Assembly (NCBI GenBank): GCA_030295235.1
Contig: AP026167.1
Coordinates: 806,001-870,000, forward strand
Length of the DNA stretch: 64,000 nucleotides
Source of the DNA: Fistulifera solaris
Taxonomy: Eukaryota
Direction: 5' to 3'
How positions within the stretch are numbered: position 1 is the first letter of the stretch; each line of letters begins with the position of its first letter. A model generated the notes under the pieces. That model saw only the letters and a program-made list of their open reading frames with translations. It had not been told where the DNA came from and made no database searches. Positions 1 to 11,218 of this stretch are shown in pieces. The position numbers and the translations under genes are program-made.

Positions 1-805
1 GATCGACGAATCGATATTTGGAAAGAAGTACAACGACGGAAATTGGCTATGAACAATGGGGAGACGCGAAAACTACTGACGGGTCTCTTTCTGCAGCGTT
101 TGTTAGTAGCGCAAGATATTGCCTCCGCACTTCGTCACTTGCATAAATTGCAAATCGTATTTAGAGACTTGAAACCAGGTAAGACAAGAGAGAGAGTGAG
201 TTGGATGTTGATGAAGTGAAAAAGGGAGCTCACTCAAATGTTGTGTCAATACTGGTGTCTACCTTCATAATGTAATCAAATGGTGCGCGGCACACTATGA
301 TGGGAAATTGACGATTGTTCCAAAAGACAACGTTGGGTTTTGCTTTGACGGAAGAGTCAAGTTATTTGATTTTGGTCTAGCGAAAGAGCTGGATCCGCAT
401 CAACAAAATGAAGATGGACTGTACAACATGTCCGGAGGGACGGGTTCTCGCCGATTCATGGCGCCAGAAGTTGCCCTGTCGGAACCCTATCACTTATCGG
501 CAGATATGTACTCGTTTGCAATCTTGTTTTGGGAGATTTTGACATTGGATAAAGCGTTTGCTCGGTTGACGGTGGATGACCATCATGAGAAGGTCATTCA
601 GGGGACAGAACGACCAGAGTTAGATCCGGGATGGACATCATCGTTGTGTGAGATACTACAGGGTTGCTGGCATTACAAACCACATCGTAGACCGTCCGCA
701 AAGGAAACGCATCGTGCTTTGCGATATGAAATTCAAGATATGGTGGCGGAAGAATTTCCGAAGCAAGCAGGTTTCGATGAGCAAAGGAGGCGGGCCTATC
801 ATTGA
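1..805 (+). CDS. Protein kinase (TKL-like, diatom-expanded type), 3' part; intron 179-326
   Basis: Splicing GT(179)..AG(326) joins IVFRDLKP to DNVGF; followed by VKLFDFGLAKE, GTGSRRFMAPEV, ADMYSF and CW..RP subdomains. The gene starts upstream of the window. Confidence 0.9.
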
Positions 806-871
806 TTGATTTAGTGTAGCAATCTAAAACGATATCAATTATTTCTTTTTTCGCATTAAACCTTACAAGGA

Positions 872-2999
872 TCAAAACGAATATGCCGTTTCTGCTCTAC
901 AACCACGACCACTCACACTCATCGATGCATTTGCTTCTGCGTTCAGCGCAAACATGAACCGCACATTGTCCGAAAATTTTGTCCCAATATTGACTTGACT
1001 GGTCTCGCTAAAGACAAGCAACTCTTCGCCTCTCGTGATTACTACTTGCTCTTCGAGGACTTGCAGAGAGTCTGGGAGAAATTCGCTTTCCACAATGGCA
1101 CTTTCGGCAACCAGCTCTCCGTCACCGATGTTTTCTATGGAGTACAAAAGTCTGATGGAAGTCAAACTAGAAAAGTCACCCAATTCATTTTCAAACGCAA
1201 CAAGCTCCAATGCTCCTAAGAGCCCTAATGGACTCGTCAATGACAGGGATGGATTACTTGAGGAGCAAGTTGTATCAAGGGTAAAGGAATCCAGCTCCGT
1301 TCCCACATTGCCATTGTCATCAATGTTTGAAACAGAGACTTGAAGCGACCCTCCGAAGGTTCCGTCGACCCGAAATGTGCCGCCAAGAGTAACAATATTG
1401 GATTCAGTCAAGTTGGAATTCGATGTCACCTGAATACGAACTTCTCGTGGATTGACGGATACATTATCGAATCCACGGTAGAGAAAGACAAGGCCGGTGG
1501 CAGGGGCGTCATCCGCACAGGCTTTGCCTCGTGGATCTGGGATCTGATCACATGGTCCGATGGAAATACCTCCGTCCGAAAGGCATTCGCGCACGATTGT
1601 GGCTGATATGGTACATTCTGAATAAGTGCCATCAATAGAGCTCAACGATGATGGTGAAGCGGATGGTATTGTATCATCGGGGAAGGGCGAAACCTGCGCT
1701 CCAGCGACAAAAGAGTTAACAGCTGTCCCTTCGCAAGCGATTCCAGAAGGATTCGACACCGCAGTGATTTGAATGGAATCCGTATACGTTCTTCGTTCGG
1801 ACAAATCGAGTAATTCACTAGGCAGCTCGACGTCGACACTTTCCCCTGGGGAAAGCGCAATCCCAGCTACAAGGTCTGAAAAGTCCTTAAGACCAGCATT
1901 GTTGGACAAGAGTTCCAATGATGTCAAACTGGTATCAGTTCCGCCCGATTCTTCGGCGACTCCAATATTCACCGTTGTAGTTATGGGCACCAAACAGGAC
2001 ACATCCCCTTGTTCGGGGCTGGAGAATTCTTTGAGCTGCAAAGCACCGAGCTGATCTTTCAATCTCAAATTTATATTACAAGATGCTGGGAATTGAAACT
2101 CTTGAGCTAGATTGGCTGGATTGCTGGTCTCATTAGATCCAAATAATTTGACAAGAACCACATCTGGTAAACGTTCCCCGTCATCGCCCGTGTTGATACT
2201 CAAATACTGCCCATTTTGCACCCATCCACGGAACAAAACAGCTCCTTCTTTGCCACTGCTTGCCACCACATACGCTTCCTCTGTAGTTCCCATAGTACCA
2301 TCTACACAGGAGAAATATCCATCCAAGTTGGTAGAACTGTCGTTGCAGGCTTGTGCCGTGTACTGGAATGTCAAGTTGGTGGGAGGTGCCGTACAGGTGA
2401 TTGTCGTCAACTCCACATTATCGCACTGTTGACCCGCATAAGGTCCCGTTTGAACCGAGCATGTTGTGTTAACTTGCAAAACACATTCATCAGACGACAA
2501 GGATGATGCCATGGAAGGTGCACTCGTAGGTTGCATTGGCTGAATCATAGAAGGAACATCACTGGAAAGATCCGAAGGAAAGTCCGAAGCAGATTGTGTG
2601 GGTGATGATGTACGTAGAAGCGAAGGCGGAATCGTGGGCAATCTAAGTTCAATGGAGGTTGGTTGGCTGGTTTCTGAAGTGGGCACTGGTTTAGATGTTA
2701 GGGGAGCAAGAGTGCGTGATGATGCGGGTGACACGGTGGGTTCCGAGGAACGTACTACGACGGGTTTCAATGTTGGATGCATCGTCGGCGTTGTCTCTGT
2801 ACGAAGTGCCGGTGCTACGGTCGGAAAAAGTATCGTTTGCCTTACCGGTGGTTGGGAGGGCACCACCGTCGGCATACTAAATGCCCGATCCGTGAGATAT
2901 CGTTCCCACAGTTCTCTCTCTTCCTCGGCAATGGGCAAACCATTGGAGTGACTTCCCTAGCAATAGTAGCACACTGAAGAAGACTTCTGATTTCATCAT
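872..2999 (-). CDS. Secreted/cell-wall protein with Pro/Ser/Thr-rich region and two Cys-containing repeat domains; apparent frameshift near 2945
   Basis: A signal-peptide-like MMKSEVFFSVLLLLG (ATG 2999) lies in a different frame from the 688-aa ORF 872-2938. RYL..SMP motif, PTxxP repeats, and two similar domains (C..P..L.F.Y...SC...L....G.L.L..F). Confidence 0.7.
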
Positions 3000-3394
3000 G
3001 GGTTTCTTGGGACTTGGTGTGCACAATTGTGTGGTTGCAACATCGAAAGCTCGAAACGCGAGGACGAGAAAAAGGATTTTGTGGGGAGGTCTCACTTTTG
3101 GAATTATCAATTATAGTTAGCGATGATGCCAAGGCGATTAATCGATAACATAAAACGTCTTCAAATTAGGACGTGACATAGTCACGTTTCTGTAAATACA
3201 GAAAATAGAAATATTTGGGCAGTTTCTGTTTTTGTGTTTAATGGGGAAACCATGTCGAATTCTCCCTCCGACGACTGACTCGACGACTCGAAAGATATCG
3301 CATCTCGTCACCTGCTCTGCCCATGATCTGTTTTCCTTCATCAATGCATGGTGCCCACTTGTCCCGTACGAATTCGATAAGGAAATGAAACAAG

Positions 3395-4783
3395 ATGGAA
3401 TACATAGAAGAACATATGTGGCCGTTGACAGGAGGAACAACCTGTTATACCGGAATACACAACCGTAAAGGAGCCACCGAATGGCATACTCTTCATTTGA
3501 CAACGGATAATACACTCTCTTCTCGACTCATTACTTCTCGAGATAATGCGTTAGTGTGCGTTGGTTATTCGGCAACAGAAAGTCACGAATGTCTCGTCTT
3601 GTTGGATCTATCTCGCTTTGATACTCCAGAGACACTTCTCGATCCTGCTTTAACAGCGAATAACAACGATCGAGGTGATTGGGATGATCAATCCGTTTCC
3701 AACGCTACAGTTACCACAACGACTTCCACATTAGGAACACGCGCCAATTCACCCGAAAATGTACCAACACAGCTTTCCACACTCAGTTTTGAGTCCTTGC
3801 CTCCTCCTCTACAGCCACCTCCCGTCACAGAGGCCATCGCGCTTCTCATGATTCGATCGCTGGCAGATTCTTCTGTTAAATTCACAAAAACGCTGGATTA
3901 CCGTCCTCTTTCACCACTTCTCTGTTGCTTCTCGGATGACTGTCAAGGAGTTTGGTTGGGGAGTAGTGATCACAATGAGCTTCATTTGTTCGTATGTCGT
4001 CAAAGTTCCGCATGGCAAGAGTATGATCTCAGTCACATGTCGGAATTTCAACTTACGAGCCCCGTCATGAGCATTGACTTTTGCCCACCGAATTGTTTAG
4101 CGGTGGCGTGTCAAGATGGGACGATACGCATCATTACCTTTTCATCATTCGACGGACTCGTATTTTCGAACGTAACACAACAACAAGTTATGGTGGATGG
4201 TCCGATTGTATGTCTTTCACTGCGATCTTTGGAAGCCAACAACCAATGGCTCGTCACGGCTGGGTCACTCTGCGGATACGCTATGGAATGGCGAGTCGAT
4301 GCAAAACAACCCAACGTCAGCAATCCAGCGATGATTGCCAAGGGATTCTGGAATGCAGCGATTGCGGCAGAGGATTCGGTCATGGCCATTTGCTCCCTCG
4401 ATGATCGAGTGCTCATGGGAACGCAGTCTGGAAAACTTCTTTTGTATGGAATCGATCACAACCAAAATTTAGAAAATAGGGAAAATTCATTCAAGCGACA
4501 CTTTCGATTGCTGTGGCAATGTCAGCTCCCTTACTCGATTCACGGGTTGGACTTTCTGTCAAACAATGACGAGACACTCTTGGTAACGACACGAAAATCC
4601 ATTCATATCTTTCAACAAGGCCTATATAATTACTTGAACCACGCAGCATCGATTCGGTCCAAGCTCAAGGACATTATTCAACAAGAAGCAGTAGAAGCGA
4701 ATAAAGTGATTGAGGAACCACGGTCTGGAATAGAACAAGCAGAAAAGACTCATGTGTCCGAATCAGAGTCCCCTCTGCAGTAG
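3395..4783 (+). CDS. KPTN: Kaptin (KICSTOR subunit)-like beta-propeller protein
   Basis: 462-aa ORF with ACQDGTIRI, VDGPIVCL, DSVMAIC, LLWQCQL and VTTRKSIHIFQ, in the same order as kaptin motifs (GCQSG, DGPIS, DSVLC, LLWQ, VHILQ) recalled from memory. Confidence 0.6.
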   Translation: MEYIEEHMWPLTGGTTCYTGIHNRKGATEWHTLHLTTDNTLSSRLITSRDNALVCVGYSATESHECLVLLDLSRFDTPETLLDPALTANNNDRGDWDDQSVSNATVTTTTSTLGTRANSPENVPTQLSTLSFESLPPPLQPPPVTEAIALLMIRSLADSSVKFTKTLDYRPLSPLLCCFSDDCQGVWLGSSDHNELHLFVCRQSSAWQEYDLSHMSEFQLTSPVMSIDFCPPNCLAVACQDGTIRIITFSSFDGLVFSNVTQQQVMVDGPIVCLSLRSLEANNQWLVTAGSLCGYAMEWRVDAKQPNVSNPAMIAKGFWNAAIAAEDSVMAICSLDDRVLMGTQSGKLLLYGIDHNQNLENRENSFKRHFRLLWQCQLPYSIHGLDFLSNNDETLLVTTRKSIHIFQQGLYNYLNHAASIRSKLKDIIQQEAVEANKVIEEPRSGIEQAEKTHVSESESPLQ

Positions 4784-5884
4784 TCGCACGGATGATACAA
4801 ATGGTTTTTGCTTTTTAGAACTGGGAGAGTTGCAATCGTTGCCGAATCGAGAAACACTACTGCCTTAACCAGAGCATTGTCGACAACATTGAGTCACTCC
4901 ACGATTGTCTTTTTCTGAGCGATTTGTGTTAAGGCCTAGCTTGCGCTTTCATCGCACCAGCATCTCTTATCGTAGCGAGACAGTTTTGGTGTCAAATCAT
5001 GGACTGTACAAGTAAAGACAACACTAGCGTATGGAGCGCTCCGTAGCAGGATCGAGAAGTTGAAGGCGGAGCACTTTGATCAATCACGACGCTTTTAGCT
5101 TGAATGAGAGTGTGAACGACGACGACGACGACAGTTGTGTTTGGCAACAATGCTAGGGGCTTTTTTCAGGAGAAAAACCAAAGGCAACACTAAGGAAGAG
5201 CGGTTTTAGTTGTGTGAAATGAGCACGCCCATTCTTCTTTACAAAACGACGACCAAGACGGCATGCGATTCAACTATATGATGAACGTTTCAACAACTCG
5301 CATTCTTGCCTTTAAAACGTGCTTTGTTGGAACCGACACCAAAGAGGTACAAATGAACCAGCAAGCCAAAGTTCACGGCAAGACAGCAGCGGACAAGGTC
5401 TACGAATACCCCGATAAGCAAGCCGTTACACGAAATGGTGTTCAGCTTTCAGTTTACGACAATCATGCAGGAAACTTATTATTCGCAAATAAGCGCAATC
5501 TATTGATAAGGCTTCGATGTCATGTACAAGATCGATAGATTAGGTCGTTTTTTTTGAAAGAGCTACGAATTAATGAGTAGAGCCTTAGCCATGTAGCCGC
5601 TACGCCTGAGAGCAATCGAATCGTCACTTGAGAGGGACTGGTAAGATTTGCTATAGCTAGATACCAAATCCAGGGCAATCTTCAGACGTAAATTAAGTGT
5701 TAACTAAAAGCAATATCTTCTTAAAAGGAGACGAAGCGTTTGTGTGATTATAATAGGCGGTAACGCGACATCAGAGCGAACTTGAGAAGTCGATACTGCG
5801 CCGAATTAATCACCAGTTTTTCAAAAAAATTGGTAACGAATAATGTGAGCCCTTATTGTAGATTTCGTATTTGCCAAAGTAGTG

Positions 5885-6304
5885 CTAATTGATCAAACCT
5901 GCGCTCAAACAAAACTGAAGAAGTTTATCTATTTGTCGATAAATTCTCATGGCTTGGCCCGTCTTGGCAACGCGTACGATTTCGAGCCAATACGCTTTGA
6001 GGGTATTCTTGGTGACTCGTTTCTTGAGAGATCCCAAGAAACGACCAACATCACTATCGAGCGAGCCATCAAACGAGAGAAAGGCTTCACCGACAGACGT
6101 TATTTTGTAACCAAGGGGATGCCACCCGGCAGGGAAAATTCCTCCTCCTCGAACAGACAAACAAGAAACAGTATTACTTGCAACAAACGGACTACTCTTC
6201 AAGACGGTAGGCTCAATCGTCTGCATCCTCCGCTCGGCGAAAATTGTGCGCGAACACTGTGCGCTAAAGAAGATCAAGAACCTTAACAGCGTGAAGCGAG
6301 CCAT
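5885..6304 (-). CDS. Conserved hypothetical protein with N-terminal signal peptide
   Basis: 139-aa ORF with hydrophobic N-terminus and RGG motif, followed by a globular region (FPAGWHPLGYKIT...WLEIVRV). Confidence 0.7.
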   Translation of the reverse strand: MARFTLLRFLIFFSAQCSRTIFAERRMQTIEPTVLKSSPFVASNTVSCLSVRGGGIFPAGWHPLGYKITSVGEAFLSFDGSLDSDVGRFLGSLKKRVTKNTLKAYWLEIVRVAKTGQAMRIYRQIDKLLQFCLSAGLIN

Positions 6305-7014
6305 GATGTGATTGCAGAAAAGAATCTAACGGCGACGACGGGGGAAGGAGGAGGAAAGTGGAAAAGAAAGAAATATTTGCATTGAACCACTTGCAAAAGA
6401 GTTGCTGGGTCTCCTTGCCGTAAAAAATGATCGTCTCCTTCAATAAACAAGAATCGACATCAATTACGTAGTAGGAGGGATGCAACGCATCGAAAGTCTA
6501 CGTGTGTTCACGTTGGCCTCGTAGGAGTTTTATCATCATAGGTAGCAGCCTACAGTTGTGGCAATGGTAAGTGCTTGCAGCTGGTATCGTAGCGCGAACC
6601 AGGCTGTATACAAAGTAAGTCAACGCGAGCGATGCGATTAAGTACCAGCCAGTACGCATCTGGTTGTCGTCGCATTTTGTCGTCTTTGCTCGTTCATTGG
6701 GATCTTGGATGATGATAATCAAATCGTTTACTTTGTATTTCGGTTCTACGCTGCTCTAGTCATCAATCCCGGTTTCGTCGAAGATGCAAATTGGCGATCG
6801 AAAACTGGACTCGAAAACGGAAACGGCCGCGAAAACCGCTCTCCGCACGACTCACTCGACAATCAACCATTTGCACCCTCTTTTCGTCTCACAAATCGCA
6901 CCTTGTGTCAAATCACACACAAGCGCGATTTGTCACTAACAGAGCAGCGCATCTTGTCACTCGCTCGGCTTGTTTCTATTTTACTTGCAGTCCGTCAGAT
7001 GTTATAATGATCTT

Positions 7015-7970
7015 CGTCCGCAGGGAACCACACCTTACCGACGGGTAGTGAACGGGCCCTGCGGAGTAGCTTCCTGCCACAATGGGAGCAAGAGAAATCG
7101 CGTGTGCCTTGAAGCCTCCGTCCTTCTCTTGCTTTGGAGAGAGACCGAGTGATGTGCTGAGCCCTGAGGCCTTTACCGCTCCTCGCCTTGATTCTCTTCT
7201 CGAAGGGCCATGGCCAAGACCATGGTCAAAGTGCGGCCTGAGGGTAACTTCAATGCTGGTACCAGCGTATGTGTGGCAGGGTGCAGAAGTAAGAGGAGAG
7301 AAGCTTACTCGACACCCAAAGATGGTGTCGTGCTGGAGGAAAAACTCCAAGCACAACAAATCCACGGTGACGACCTAGTATGCCATCGCTCCGTAAAGTT
7401 GCCATAGAAATTCCACGACAGAAGAGGATGGCACCAATGGCGACGGCCTCAAAAGAGGACCAGTTCGACCGATTGCGATGACCATACCTCTCCCGGTGGC
7501 GCGTCCCCCGGATTAGCGGCCGACCCCCGCTAAAGGAGGGCTGGCTGAAAACCAGCTGGAAGAGGTTAGCTCCATATTAAGGCAGCATGGTAGATATTCC
7601 CCCGAAGGATGACCCCGGCGACTAAAGTCGACCTAGAAGGCATACCTTGAGGTGGCGGCCCCGTGTTAGGGCCAAGTCCCATCATCGAGAAGGCTCGCTC
7701 TACCCGACCCCATTGCATTGAAGCATACGCGTCCCCCGTCCGACGAAGTGCGGCGTCTAAAAAAGGTGGAAAATGGATCACAAAAGTGTAAGCTCTCTTC
7801 CACACGGTCTCGGTCAAAAGACTGAGACTGCGTCAGCCAACGCTGGCCTGTGAGATCAATCTGACGCAAAAGTAAAAAGTAAAAAACTATAAACTAGCAA
7901 GGGGCAATAACACAAAAGAAGAAACGCTTATGCTTATGCTCAGTAGGTTGGTAGTAGCAGCAATACTGAA
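7015..7970 (+). mobile_element. ~950-bp non-coding, highly structured inserted element (possible retroelement UTR or large ncRNA)
   Basis: About ten local and long-range helices, several with G-U pairs only on the + strand; A-rich 3' part; flanked by ATCTT at 7010-7014 and 7971-7975; no convincing ORF. Confidence 0.5.
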
Positions 7971-7975
7971 ATCTT

Positions 7976-9036
7976 TCCCTCGTACTAGTCGTGACCACTT
8001 TCATATTAGAACTCGCCTGTCAAACCGCGTTTGCAAGATGGCTCGATTGATCGAATGGCAGATTTTCTTGCGCACTCGTCTTTCGACCCCCATCCAATCC
8101 GTTGGCCACAACCGAAGCCTTGGCCTGTGACGGTGGCGAGTTGGCAACACTTTCCAGTCGTCCATTATTCGTCAATTATTGAGCCATCTTGCTGATTTCT
8201 TAAAAACACGAACGAACGATGCAGCTATCAATTAGTATAGTCTCCGACAGTCATTTTTTGTTGAGTCATACAAACAATCTAAACATCTTAGGCAATTGAG
8301 TCCTGCTGAATTGAACGCCAAAGCAACACCAACTTGATAGTCATTCAACTTTAGAGAAGCGTCTTTATCAATAGCGAGGGAACACTGCCGCTTTTTGCAA
8401 ATCATCCGCAACCGCGATTTGTGGTTTTGTACAGATATCCTGCCATGCGGTCCATTGAGCTAGCACCATTTACTTTCGACACCAGACCGACGCTCATTTC
8501 GATTTCACTCTTAGCCAAGGCGTTGTGTTCTTTCTGACGGGACGCCAGCAACTGCTCTTGCGATTGTCTTGCCGAGACATCGTATCATCACCACGACGCC
8601 ATCCAGGACAAAGTTCGCCCCGCTTTTATGCAAACATACGTGCATCCTTTATGGAGGATACCCCTCACCACGCCTTCTTCGCGTGACTGTTCTATGTATC
8701 GACACGTTTCGGTTCCATTGCTGTGTATAGAGAAATCATCAGCCATAGTTCATAGGGCAGCGCGAAGATGGTTGTTGAGGGGGCTACCAATTCCCCGTAT
8801 CTGGTGTTCTGCATGCTTGAATCACTTTATTGGAAAGGAGCGGCGATAGCGTAAAAACAAAGTCTATCCTACTTCACCGAGTGGTCCTTACTCCACGACT
8901 TTGAGTGTCGGTTATGTGTTGACTTGATGATAAAACGCCACTCCCTTTCTGCGAGCGAGACCAAATCATCTTATACCGCAAGTTAGGAACAAGCTTTGAA
9001 TGAAGCGGGTAGAGGATGCTTTGCTCAAACTACATT
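7976..9036 (+). pseudogene. Degenerate diatom LRR-like gene, continuing at 20178-20300 beyond the tandem insertion
   Basis: Stop-interrupted fragments such as RQLLSHLADFLKT and SKHLRQLS. Joining across the 8-bp TSD reads EQALNEAGRGCFAQTTLIAALLKISP, similar to the LN.AGR C-terminal motif of diatom LRR proteins. Confidence 0.4.
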
Positions 9037-9683
9037 ATAACGGCGGTCAATATATATAGCACTCGGGTCGAATAGTAAGAATCTTCCGGGCCGTCTTCTT
9101 CAGAAAGATCGAAAGATTCGACATGGCGACGGAGACGCAGAGGAAGAATCATCGGGCGTGCACAGCTCAAGCCGACAAAAGGACGTACCCGGCGACTGCG
9201 ACCAAACCATCGCTTTATCATCAAATGAGCGTCCAAATAACACCAATAGCATCGTAAACGAATGAAAGAGGACAAAATACTTTGTAATGACGATAAGCGG
9301 ATCACTACGTTTTGCGTTTTTTTCCTTCAAAACAGACCGGGGGCCGTATGTTATACCGTATAGGCCTGTCGCCTACAGTTTCGATGTATACATAATTTGT
9401 ACATATTCTTCTAGACTTCCTCTGTCGTAGCCCTCTACGTACGAAATGTACCACGGGCAACGGCCCGCAGCTGCTGGCCCCTCTCGTCGCCTCTTCCGGT
9501 GGGCACTTTTTTCTTACCTCGTCGTATGAAACAGAGTCCTGAAACAAAATGATAAGCATTATCAAAACAAACAAAACTTTCGCGAGCTTCGTGCTCTTTA
9601 CTTGCATCCTTTCGTCTCCTGTCGGCCGGATTGGCTGTTTCTTCGCTCCGGCGGAGATTCAGTTTGCTCTGGAGATTGGAAGT

Positions 9684-11218
9684 ATGCTGCGCAACAGCGC
9701 AAGTGTTCAGTCGCTTTCGGAGTCGGTGTGTGTTTACTCCTGCGTCTGTTTGCTTGTTCTGTCGCTTTGTATCATCCTTGTGCCTGCTTGCGTTGCGGGG
9801 CTTGTGTTGATGCGTTTCTGCGCTCGGACCGTCGCAGAAATTGCTCTTCTGGCGCTGAAGAGTCTTTGCTCGACCGTGTGGCTGTTGTTTGGTCGTCGTG
9901 CGGCTGTTTGCTTCGTTCTTCTTCACGCGAATAGCTGTGCGTATCGTGAAGACGTTCTCTTGGCAAAGAACACGGAGTTTCCAGTTCGTTTGGAGACTCC
10001 TCCACGTCTCACGATGTTTCGTCCTGTAGCTCCGGTACGTGAAGCTACGGGGAAACAATTTGATTTGAAGCGAAACCACCGTGTCGTTTTTCGTGTGTCT
10101 TTCGTCTTCATTTTCTTTCTTGTGGTGATTGGAGTTGTTGCTGCTTGTATTTGTGGAGGTGCCAGGTGGATCGGTGCTTCCGCAGCTGGCATGTATTTGT
10201 TGTTCGTTGAGCTTCGTCGGTCATCCGCAGCAACAACAGCAACTGATTTCGTGCGATTGGGGAATGTCGAGACATCCAGCTCTATCGATCTTGACCGCAT
10301 TCGTCTTTTGTGTGGTATTCGCAGTGTCTCCATGCAAAGTATGCAACAATCTGCCACAAAGCAAGAAGTCCGTTTGCTCGAAAATATGGACGAGGATGTC
10401 ATTGTTTCAAGCGGACGAGGCCGTCGTCGAGTTCGTTTTGCGTCGAAAGAGAATCGGGAGTCTTTCTTAATGATCGAGAATTGTTTGGACATGAGCGAGG
10501 ACGAGTTTCACGAGCGCTATTGGTCAAACGAGATCGTCAAGCAAAGGAGAGATGAAAGTTCAGAGGAGCGCGACTTTGACATCTTCCAAAGCCACGAGTT
10601 CTTTGACGAACGCTTATATCTCTTGTTTTCAGCCCAACCAAGCGTCATGCTCACGGAAGAAGTGTTCTTCCTAGACCACGAGGGAGAACGGCGCCATCCG
10701 GCGCACTGGAAGGGGTTTTGCACGAGAATTCGTCCGCATCTACAGAAGGACAGGGAAATACCTGGATTTCCATCTGTCGATGCATACGAGAACTATCTTC
10801 AGTTCTACGATAAGCTGTATCGTACTTGCATTACATGGTACGACAATAACTTGTGGCGAACGGTGGGTGTCCTAATACCCGAGAATGAGGGTTTGGAATC
10901 GGATAGCAATATCGTGGAGGATATGGAAGACGAAGGTGGAGCTTGTGATGCTGTAGCTCTTGCAGACGAAAGATTCTCAGTGCAGTTTGTGGTGGAGGAT
11001 TGTGAGGATATCACCATCCACTGTGATGTTCTAGAGGACAGTGGTGACTTTGGTGTAGTCCAGGAAACTGCAGTCAAAGGGCACGAAGTTGAGAGTATGG
11101 GCGAAGCTGCTGCGCCTGCTCCTAGCAAAATGAAGAAAATGAAAGCATTCGGTCCCTGTTTCCGCTCGCGTCCTTTTTGAAGCGAAAATGCAAGGAGAAT
11201 GTTCGATATTCGAAGTAG
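9684..11218 (+). CDS. Tandem-unit ORF copy 1 (membrane N-terminus, RVRF motif); 1-nt deletion near 11175 truncates the end
   Basis: Essentially identical to copies 2 and 3, but has T5 instead of T6 at ~11174, giving an early TGA at 11180. Confidence 0.6.

Noticed and set aside
995..2977. Numerous short antisense/overlapping ORFs here and across the window
   Set aside because: Shadows of real genes on the opposite strand or frame, with no recognisable motifs.
4790..5880. Possible gene in the 1.1-kb gap between convergent genes (ORF 5263-5538)
   Set aside because: No recognisable motifs or convincing splice structure.
7170..7200. HDV-like ribozyme at CGC-TCCTCGCC
   Set aside because: The L3-like sequence is present but P3 cannot pair (CGC/TTG) and no P1/P1.1 follows.
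7655..7675. Shared words GGCCCCGTGT and GTTAGGGCC with the tandem unit 3' region (~11454-11468)
   Set aside because: Only 9-10 nt and in permuted order; cannot be distinguished from chance. The single TTAGGG is not a telomeric tract.
9339..9482. HDV-like P1 (GGGGGCC/GGCCCCT) at the unit leader
   Set aside because: The loop lacks the UCC consensus and no GG follows P1; treated only as generic leader structure.
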